A DNA stretch of 13,558 nt. It comes from Elusimicrobiota bacterium. Lineage in GTDB: Bacteria; CG03; SLGR01; JBDRKX01. Numbering within the stretch: the first letter of the stretch is position 1; each line of letters opens with the position of its first letter. The translations under genes and the position numbers were made by a program. Below, in pieces: positions 7,239 through 13,558 of this stretch. The DNA is taken from positions 1-13,558 of the forward strand of contig JBDRKX010000039.1 of assembly GCA_043813605.1 (NCBI GenBank), given 5' to 3'. The notes beneath the pieces were generated by a model. It searched no databases and was not told where the DNA came from. It was given only the letters and a program-made list of their open reading frames with translations.

Positions 7239-9171
7239 TAAACGAATTCTAATAGTAGATGACAGTGACGATGCAAGAAGCGGTCTGATGATGTATCTCG
7301 GTTCGAAAGGTTATGACGTCAGTGAGGCGGAAAGCGGGGAAAAAGCCATAGAACTCCTGGCGAATAACGAATATAATCTGGTGTTATCCGATTTGAAAAT
7401 GCAGAATATTGACGGAATAGGCGTACTTACCGAAGTGAAAAAACTATATCCCAAGACCGATGTTATTATTATGACAGCTTATGCTTCAATAGAGACGGCT
7501 GTTGATGCCATGAGACACGGAGGTTACGACTATATAGCCAAACCGCTCAATATGGATGAACTGGAAATGCTTATAGAAAGATGTCTTGAGAAACAGAACC
7601 TGAGAGCCGAGGTCGCAGGATTAAAAGAGATCGTAAATCTATATGAAGTGAGTAAAGGCCTGACGTCGGTCATGGATCTGGAAAAACTTCTCGATCTTAT
7701 TGTAAAACTGGCGGCTGATACACTTGATGCAGAAGGCGGTTCGATAATGATACTGGATGATAAGACCGGCGAACTGATAGCCCAGGCGGCTACCGGCAAG
7801 AGGGAAGATATAGTGCGCGGCAAATCGCTGAAGGTAGGAGAACGTATTGCGGGTTATGCGGCGCAGGTGGGGGACACGGTGAAAGTAGACGGCTCCATAA
7901 AGGACGATCCCAGATTTATGCATCTTGAAAAATATGACGGTATAAACTCCGGGATATCCGTCCCTTTATTATGGAAGAACAAACTGCTCGGCGTGATCAA
8001 TCTGAGCCGTTCTGCTCATAAGAAAGGTTTCACGCCGAATGAGACCGATCTGCTTACAATATATGCCGCACAAGCCGCTATCGCAATTGAGAATTCATCA
8101 CTGTTTAACGGGCTTCAGCAGGAGAAGAACAAGCTGGATACGATATTCAGCGAAATGGGCAGCGGCGCTATTATTACCGACGATAAAATGGGGATCATAA
8201 TCATCAACCAGAGAGCAGAAGATATACTGGATCTGGGCAGGAATGAGTCTTTGAAAAAGAATTTTATGGTTTGTGCGGGTGACTTAAGGCCATCAATAAG
8301 CTGGGAAGAGATCCAGTCAGCAGAAAAAGACCTGATAACATTCGAACTCTCAAGAGAAACCGGTCATTCGATCTGCATCGCTGTATCGTTAAGCAAGATC
8401 AAGGATGAAAAGGGCCAACTTGTGAATTACGTACTCGTATTGAGAAATATAACCGAAGAGAAGAAAGAAGAGACTATTAAAAGAAATTTCCTCAGGCTGA
8501 TGTCCCATAAACTCAGGACCCCCCTGACTTCGATCATAGGTTACTCCTATATTCTTGGTTCAGAAGAAATCCAGGAAAAACTGGATGCTTCTGAAAAAGA
8601 GGCGGTCAGCATAATCGAAAGTGAGGCTCAGCTTCTTACCGAATTGGTAGATAAACTTTTGAGATTTACTCTCCTTGAGTCCGAGTCTCTTGTACTGGAC
8701 ATTAAAACTGTAGATCTCCTGAGCATATCAAATAAGGTCATTGAATCACTGGAGGGGCTCATATTCAGCAGGAAAGCGGAAGTCGTTATCTCCGAGGAGT
8801 TGAAAGACCTGCCGAATGTCATGGGTGACAGGGAAAAAATACATGAGGTACTGGAAAATCTGATAGAAAATGCGATAAAATGGAATGATAACGCGAAAAA
8901 GAAAGTGATTCTCACAGGTAAATTAGACGGTGATTATGTAGAGATGAACGTAATAGATAACGGTCAGGGAATCCCTGCTGAAGAACAATCGGCCATATTT
9001 CAGAAATTCTATCAGCATGAAGAGTATTTCACGGGAGAGAGAGAAGGTATAGGTCTGGGACTCGCACTGGCTAGAAGACTGATAGAGGCACAATCAGGTA
9101 ATTTATGGGTTGAGAGCACTGAAGATAAAGGCAGCTGTTTTAAGTTTACCCTGCCTAGAGTTAGAACCTGA
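7231..9171 (+). CDS. Cytoplasmic hybrid histidine kinase REC-GAF-PAS-HisKA-HATPase_c
   Basis: REC: ILIVDD, LSDLKM, MTAY, IAKP. GAF: GERIAGYAA, DDPRF, SVPL, GVINL, AAQAAIAIEN. PAS ends LRNITE. H-box SHKLRTPL; NLIENAIK; DNGQGI; GLGL. Overlaps the upstream stop by 8 nt. Confidence 0.93.
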   Translation: MDNKRILIVDDSDDARSGLMMYLGSKGYDVSEAESGEKAIELLANNEYNLVLSDLKMQNIDGIGVLTEVKKLYPKTDVIIMTAYASIETAVDAMRHGGYDYIAKPLNMDELEMLIERCLEKQNLRAEVAGLKEIVNLYEVSKGLTSVMDLEKLLDLIVKLAADTLDAEGGSIMILDDKTGELIAQAATGKREDIVRGKSLKVGERIAGYAAQVGDTVKVDGSIKDDPRFMHLEKYDGINSGISVPLLWKNKLLGVINLSRSAHKKGFTPNETDLLTIYAAQAAIAIENSSLFNGLQQEKNKLDTIFSEMGSGAIITDDKMGIIIINQRAEDILDLGRNESLKKNFMVCAGDLRPSISWEEIQSAEKDLITFELSRETGHSICIAVSLSKIKDEKGQLVNYVLVLRNITEEKKEETIKRNFLRLMSHKLRTPLTSIIGYSYILGSEEIQEKLDASEKEAVSIIESEAQLLTELVDKLLRFTLLESESLVLDIKTVDLLSISNKVIESLEGLIFSRKAEVVISEELKDLPNVMGDREKIHEVLENLIENAIKWNDNAKKKVILTGKLDGDYVEMNVIDNGQGIPAEEQSAIFQKFYQHEEYFTGEREGIGLGLALARRLIEAQSGNLWVESTEDKGSCFKFTLPRVRT

Positions 9172-10102
9172 TTGTTACCGATACCCTGTTTTCTTTAGAG
9201 TATCCTATCATCTCTCCGGCAGGAAGGTTAGCCCAGTCAATACTGAAATTATCCAATATTATACCAAGCCCGTAGGTCATACCCTTTATATTGCCTCCGC
9301 GGTCATAAAAACCGGTTCTGAGCCGGAGAATATCGATAGTCTCGAGTTCTGCTCCGAGACTTATCCTGAACCTGTCTCTTACTATCCTGTTGACATCCGT
9401 AATAAAAAGCATTGTGCCGGTTTTGTAAGCAAAACCTATTTTCAGTGTTTCGGGAAGTACATCTTTTCTTTTTTCACCTTCCATCTGGATCCTGTCGCCG
9501 AAATTAAGGTATGAGGTCCCCAGGCTAAGGCCCGGTATTCCGTGGAACTCATATAGAAATCCTACGTCAGCCGCATAAGCAGTTCCTTTTGTATCACCGA
9601 AATAGGGATCGCTCTCTCTTCGCTGTATGATCTTCAGGCCGGCTCCGCAAGAGAGTCCACTGTATATTTTTTTTCCAAAGGAGAGGGTCATTGCCCAGTC
9701 CAGCCATGTCAGGTCACCCATATATTCTCCATAGGCATTGATGATAGGTTCCGTGTCGTATATCAGCAATATGGCATTCATGCCGAATACGCCCGCCAGC
9801 CGGGGCATGGGCATGGCGATCCCGAAGAATGCCAGTGTGGTTGTAGGAGAAGCCTCTGAGTGCATTGCGCCGAATTCTATTTCATCGATTTTCGAGAGGC
9901 CTGCAGGATTCCAGTAGGTAGCTGTTACATCGTAACAGGCCGCAACGTATGATTCTCCCATGGCTGAAGGGCGGGCGCCTATGCCGTATGTCAGGAAATC
10001 TGCCCCGGTCTCTACTCCCGTAAGTATAACAGCATATGACCGGCAGATCATCAAAGTCAGTAAGAAAAACAATATGAAAATGTTTTTGAATAAATACATC
10101 AT
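9161..10102 (-). CDS. PorV/PorQ (UPF0164)-family outer-membrane beta-barrel protein
   Basis: Signal peptide; FLTYGIGARPSAMGESYVA...ATYWNPAGL signature; C-terminal VSVTIRF beta-signal with terminal Phe. Confidence 0.9.
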   Translation of the reverse strand: MMYLFKNIFILFFLLTLMICRSYAVILTGVETGADFLTYGIGARPSAMGESYVAACYDVTATYWNPAGLSKIDEIEFGAMHSEASPTTTLAFFGIAMPMPRLAGVFGMNAILLIYDTEPIINAYGEYMGDLTWLDWAMTLSFGKKIYSGLSCGAGLKIIQRRESDPYFGDTKGTAYAADVGFLYEFHGIPGLSLGTSYLNFGDRIQMEGEKRKDVLPETLKIGFAYKTGTMLFITDVNRIVRDRFRISLGAELETIDILRLRTGFYDRGGNIKGMTYGLGIILDNFSIDWANLPAGEMIGYSKENRVSVTIRF

Positions 10103-10117
10103 AAGGAAATCACCAAT

Positions 10118-10146
10118 AATTTAACAAAAATATCGTTGTATGACAA
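10118..10146 (-). promoter_or_regulatory. Putative internal sigma70 promoter for the second PorV-family gene
   Basis: On the - strand TTGTCA, 17 nt, TAAATT with an extended -10 TGn, within the 56-nt intergenic gap. Confidence 0.5.
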
Positions 10147-10158
10147 GAAAGGATATCT

Positions 10159-11667
10159 TTATCTCAGGACGGTCATTCTTTTTGTGCCCACATAGCTGCC
10201 GGCAGTCATCTGGTAATAGTAGATCCCGCGGGCGAGTTCTTCTCCGGCATCAAAATATACTGAATAGTTGCCCCGGGTTTTAAACTCGTCAACTATAACG
10301 GCAACAAGTTTTCCGCGTATGTTATACAGTTTTATTGATACCTGGCAATCCTGGGGAACGGAATAGTCTATAGTAGTTGCCGGATTAAAGGGATTAGGAT
10401 AATTCTGCCCCAGAGATGCATTGGAAATAGAAGGCTCTTCTTCAGGTTCAGGGGCAGGCGGAGGATTAAAAAACATTATCTGGTATTTTCCATACCTGAC
10501 ATCAGTGGTTTTAATTTCATTAGTGTCAGTATCATGAACACAACCTTCTGCTTTCTGCCATTTCCGTGCATCTTTATCCCAGCCGTATATGGTCAGTTCT
10601 TTTTCGTCAATACCATTGTCAGTAACAAGTGCATCATCATAATATAGCGTTATAAGGTTATCCGTATCTGCGGCAGATATTCTTGGTGACACAGTTACAA
10701 GATACTGATCCGGCAGTATAGTCTCTTCAGTCGTTGTGGAATCATTGTATGTAAGAATCATTACAGGATACTTTACTATGGCGGAAGATTCATATTCAAA
10801 AGTGACATATATGTTCGTAATGCCATTCTCCCAGTCTTCTTTGACCTGTTCTGTGATATCCCATTCATAACTCTGTTCAGATTCTTTAATGGGCATATAA
10901 TAATACTTGGTGTATTTCCTGCATAGGAAATGCGCCCAGCCGCCAAACCTGGTTTTCATTCTGAGTTTGCGAATAGTCTTTTTTGAAGTATCATTGTAAT
11001 TTGTCCAGACCTTGGCCTTTACGATTGTTGAGTTTATAGATATATGCCGGGTCAGGTTGAAACAGAACTTTCTTTCAGGACAAATATCTTCATCTCCGGA
11101 TCCGGAATCCTGATTGCGTCTTTCTTGTATCCATTTGACAAGATCTACGGTTCGTATAGCTTTGTTTCCTGTAAATTCTTCATCAGGTAAAGAGCCTGTT
11201 ACGGTTATATCGGAACAGCTGTTGGCGGTCAGAGCCTGTTTTATCTTGCGCATGGGAAATTTCAGGCGCAGATCGGGAATGCCGTTCCTGTCGTAATCTG
11301 CTACTTTCCCGGTAAGATCTTCAGCAAATATAGGATCAATAACTTCTCCGTCTATTTCAGATATCCTGACAGTGGATATGTCGATATCATTAACGTCGTA
11401 GCCTTCAGGAAGTTCGATATATATACGGAGGTATTGCATAAAATTGCGGCGGAAAATTATTTCTGGCCAGGTACTTATTACAGCAGGTATTGGTACAAGT
11501 TCCGGTTCCGGCTCCGGTTCCGGCTCCGGTTCCGGTGGCGGCGGTTCTTCTCCTTCCGGCGGTTCGGGATCGATTATTATCACGTCGTCTTCTGCAGCGT
11601 GGGCATAGGGGACGATTATCGCAGAAGCCAAAAGAACCAAACTCAAAAAGATCAAAACTTTTTTCAT
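10159..11667 (-). CDS. Secreted T9SS type-A sorting-domain protein (502 aa) with Pro/Glu-rich linkers
   Basis: Start reassigned to ATG 11667 (AGGAG at 11672-11676; signal peptide MKKVLIFL...YAHA). CTD LGQNYPNPFNPATTIDYSV...LYNIRGKLV...GIYYYQM...KRMTVLR. Also DYDRNGIPD motif domain, a DNRLRE-like segment and a ZU5-like segment. Confidence 0.9.
   Translation of the reverse strand: MKKVLIFLSLVLLASAIIVPYAHAAEDDVIIIDPEPPEGEEPPPPEPEPEPEPEPELVPIPAVISTWPEIIFRRNFMQYLRIYIELPEGYDVNDIDISTVRISEIDGEVIDPIFAEDLTGKVADYDRNGIPDLRLKFPMRKIKQALTANSCSDITVTGSLPDEEFTGNKAIRTVDLVKWIQERRNQDSGSGDEDICPERKFCFNLTRHISINSTIVKAKVWTNYNDTSKKTIRKLRMKTRFGGWAHFLCRKYTKYYYMPIKESEQSYEWDITEQVKEDWENGITNIYVTFEYESSAIVKYPVMILTYNDSTTTEETILPDQYLVTVSPRISAADTDNLITLYYDDALVTDNGIDEKELTIYGWDKDARKWQKAEGCVHDTDTNEIKTTDVRYGKYQIMFFNPPPAPEPEEEPSISNASLGQNYPNPFNPATTIDYSVPQDCQVSIKLYNIRGKLVAVIVDEFKTRGNYSVYFDAGEELARGIYYYQMTAGSYVGTKRMTVLR
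11501..11536. repeat. Hexamer tandem repeat (TCCGGT/C)x6 encoding the (PE)n linker
   Basis: tccggttccggc tccggttccggc tccggttccggt seen directly. Confidence 0.85.
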
Positions 11668-11678
11668 CTTGCTCCTAT

Positions 11679-11733
11679 AATAAAATAGCCGGGTTACCAA
11701 AAATCTCTTAAGATTTTTTCGGTAACCCGGCTA
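11679..11733 (-). terminator. Intrinsic terminator, expression platform of the riboswitch
   Basis: TAGCCGGGTTACC / GGTAACCCGGCTA perfect 13-bp stem, extended by AAAAATC/GATTTTT and followed by TTTTATT, ending just upstream of the RBS. Confidence 0.85.
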
Positions 11734-11857
11734 ACTTTGATCTCTATTTGAATTTTTCTATGCAACCCGGCCAGCTTTGATCAAGCTTGTTTGAGATCTT
11801 AAGCCCCGTGGCTTTGCGTCCCCCGGTTTCCCAGGGTTTGCCTTTATCGTAATCTTA
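11709..11857 (-). ncRNA. Cyclic di-GMP-I (GEMM-I) riboswitch aptamer
   Basis: - strand reads ...ACGATAAAGGCAAACCCTGG-GAAA-CCGGGGGACGCAAAGCCACGGGGCTTAAGATCTC...GAGATCAAAGTTAGCCGGGTTACCGAA. This has the GGCAAAC, GAAA tetraloop, GACGCAAAGC and GGGTTACCG consensus elements; closing helix TAAGATT/AATCTTA. The position equivalent to Vc2 G20 is G. Confidence 0.92.
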
Positions 11858-11872
11858 CCGTCTCCCATTAAA

Positions 11873-11901
11873 TTAATAACATGGATAATATATATTTTCA
11901 A
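11873..11901 (-). promoter_or_regulatory. Possible promoter driving the riboswitch leader
   Basis: TTGAAA, 17 nt, TATTAA with TGn extension, ~15 nt upstream of the aptamer. The AT-rich context lowers specificity. Confidence 0.4.
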
Positions 11902-12379
11902 GTAAAAGATTATTATATGACACACATAATAATAGATTTCTAAATCTATAATGGAAAAGGTCTCTAAACGCAGTATAAATATTGGAAATATTGGTATTTA
12001 TAAGTGTTGGTACTAATAAACATATAAAATGAGCAATAAAACAATAAAAATCATATTTGTGTGATTATTTAAGCAAGACAACAAATATTAAACTGAAATA
12101 TCCAGGAATACGGTAATTTGATTAGACCAGTTCCAGTAATGAAATTAAATTTTAGATTTGAAATAATGAATTTTTTTCAAATAATCATTAACTTAAACGA
12201 TTATATGAAATTTGTGTAACCGATTTTACAATTCCGGGTAAAATTTTCACATAGATGCTTCATGATTTCATATTTGCGCATTAATCGACGATAAAACATT
12301 TTGGAATTTTACTTTCATTTTACAGTACATTCATCCTATTTTCATAAAACTCTCGTATACTTTTTACAAAAGGTTAAGA

Positions 12380-12415
12380 TATAATAGAGATTTTAAATTT
12401 AGGTAAAGAAGGAGG
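12380..12415 (+). promoter_or_regulatory. -10 box and ribosome-binding site of the 12422 gene
   Basis: TATAAT at 12380-12385 (no clear -35); AGGAGG at 12410-12415, 6 nt before ATG. Confidence 0.5.
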
Positions 12416-12421
12416 CCGGAG

Positions 12422-13303
12422 ATGAAGAAGTTAATTGTTTTTTGCGGAATTATGGTTTTTATGTTACCGGTTGTCGGTATGACAGCGGGGATGGAGCATG
12501 CGGTCGACACGTCGGGTGCAGATGTCCTTATAACCCGTACTTATGCCAATAACGGGCTTCTCATTGAGACACATAACATGCAGGACGACACATACACGAC
12601 ATACGAGAACGGCAAGGCGCTCCAGACAACGCTGGAAGGCGATGTGATAGCAAGCTACCACTACGAGAACGGCGTGCTCAAGACCGTAACCGACCAGTAC
12701 CAGAACACGACATTCTACGAGAACGGTATGAAGACGAGTAAAGAGAATCACAACAATGAGACGGTTGCCGTATACACTTATGACGCGGCCGGCCGTCTTA
12801 CCACAGTGACCGATCCGAGGATAACGGACGGTACCGGAGTAACGAAGTACAACTATGACGGAAAGATCCTTCTTTCGATGGAGGGATTTGATCAGAACGG
12901 GCTGGCTACGATAACGCATTTTGAGAGCGGCCGCCAGACATACACTCAGACGCAGCTGGAGGGCGGCGATTGGGTGACCACGGCTGTATATGAATATGAC
13001 GGTGTTAAACTGTCAAAGGTGTACACTTTTGCGGCAACGGAAGGCGGGTATACGGGAACATCCGCGGATACGAGCAGCGCTTCGTATACGGGTTATACGA
13101 CGTATGACAGTCACGGCCGTCCTGACCGGAGCTATGACATGGAAGGCAACCTGGCGTCAGTGACTATTTACGAGGGCGCGTTTATCAAACAGCAGGTATC
13201 GTTTCCTGGCGGAGCGGAAGGCGCGTACATCAATGTAACGGATTACAATGAGTTCGGAGAAGCAGGTACGACATACCAGGTATCTAATCCGGGCGGCTGG
13301 TAA
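12422..13303 (+). CDS. Secreted hypothetical protein with YD/RHS-like beta-hairpin repeats
   Basis: Strong RBS, signal peptide, YTYDAAGRLTTVTDP (YD-repeat consensus), TTYDSHGRP, 3x YENG, YNEFGE; followed by a terminator. Confidence 0.8.
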   Translation: MKKLIVFCGIMVFMLPVVGMTAGMEHAVDTSGADVLITRTYANNGLLIETHNMQDDTYTTYENGKALQTTLEGDVIASYHYENGVLKTVTDQYQNTTFYENGMKTSKENHNNETVAVYTYDAAGRLTTVTDPRITDGTGVTKYNYDGKILLSMEGFDQNGLATITHFESGRQTYTQTQLEGGDWVTTAVYEYDGVKLSKVYTFAATEGGYTGTSADTSSASYTGYTTYDSHGRPDRSYDMEGNLASVTIYEGAFIKQQVSFPGGAEGAYINVTDYNEFGEAGTTYQVSNPGGW

Positions 13304-13335
13304 TATAATCCGCGAAAAATAAATAATAATAAATT

Positions 13336-13375
13336 GCCGTGGTTTGAGACTAAACTCAAACCACGGCTTTTTCTT
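13336..13375 (+). terminator. Rho-independent terminator
   Basis: GCCGTGGTTTGAG-actaaa-CTCAAACCACGGC perfect 13-bp stem followed by TTTTTCTT, 32 nt after the stop. Confidence 0.92.
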
Positions 13376-13558
13376 ATCAAACAAAAAAAAACCTAACAAG
13401 AAAAATAAGTATAATAAAACCTCAAAAAAGCGTAAAAAGCTCATTTTTTAGCGCCTTCTCGTCGAAGCCTTCCAATAAATATTTTGCGAACTCATAAAAA
13501 TCATAATTTTTTCATCTTTTCAATTTTCCCAATAATGTGTTCTAGAGAATTTTTCGTG

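Noticed and set aside
558..9514. Numerous nested or antisense ORFs, including 4408-5199 (263 aa), 1610-2107, 6800-7189 and 9110-9514
   Set aside because: Shadow frames of well-supported genes with no motifs.
11668..11700. ORF-track N-terminal extension MVTRLFYYRSK
   Set aside because: Lies within the terminator hairpin; the ATG at 11667 has an AGGAG RBS and starts a clean signal peptide.
11114..11711. + strand ORFs with RLRF or VPAP repeats
   Set aside because: Antisense readings of the PE-linker hexamer repeat.
11686..11782. Three related CCGGGTT-containing segments as a CRISPR array or IS ends
   Set aside because: Explained by the riboswitch, its duplicate strand and the terminator; no spacer series, cas gene or transposase.
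11836..11846. cGAMP-specific (GEMM-Ib) assignment
   Set aside because: The discriminating position is G (AAAGGCAAAC), not A.
12464..13444. - strand ORFs of 151 aa and 95 aa as possible immunity or accessory genes
   Set aside because: Antisense to the YD-repeat gene; the Phe/Leu richness of the 95-aa ORF derives from A-tracts.
13430..13454. Weak hairpin GCGTAAAAA/TTTTTAGCGC
   Set aside because: Short, bulged and AT-driven; expected by chance.

Overview
Bacterial, mostly AT-rich window centred on cell-surface protein export and signalling. The left edge holds the 5' end of a divergent PP-loop (SGGKDS) N-acetyl-sugar amidotransferase-like gene that the ORF track missed. A 4-gene + strand operon follows: a 1125-aa secreted multi-domain protein with a T9SS-like C-terminal sorting domain (CTD), a PorV/UPF0164-family beta-barrel fused to ~6 TPRs, a HAMP sensor histidine kinase, and a REC-GAF-PAS-HisKA hybrid kinase with an atypical H-box. 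Converging on it is a - strand pair, a second CTD protein and a second PorV-family barrel, behind a c-di-GMP-I (GEMM-I) riboswitch. The aptamer overlaps a terminator (predicted ON switch) and contains an internal duplicate of its own 3' strand. A secreted YD/RHS-like repeat protein with its own terminator closes the window. The most notable points are the two cargo+PorV pairs, the PorV-TPR/kinase coupling, a candidate HF/T autoproteolysis site just before the CTD, and the duplicated-strand riboswitch. All domain calls are from motif recognition by eye; no searches were run.
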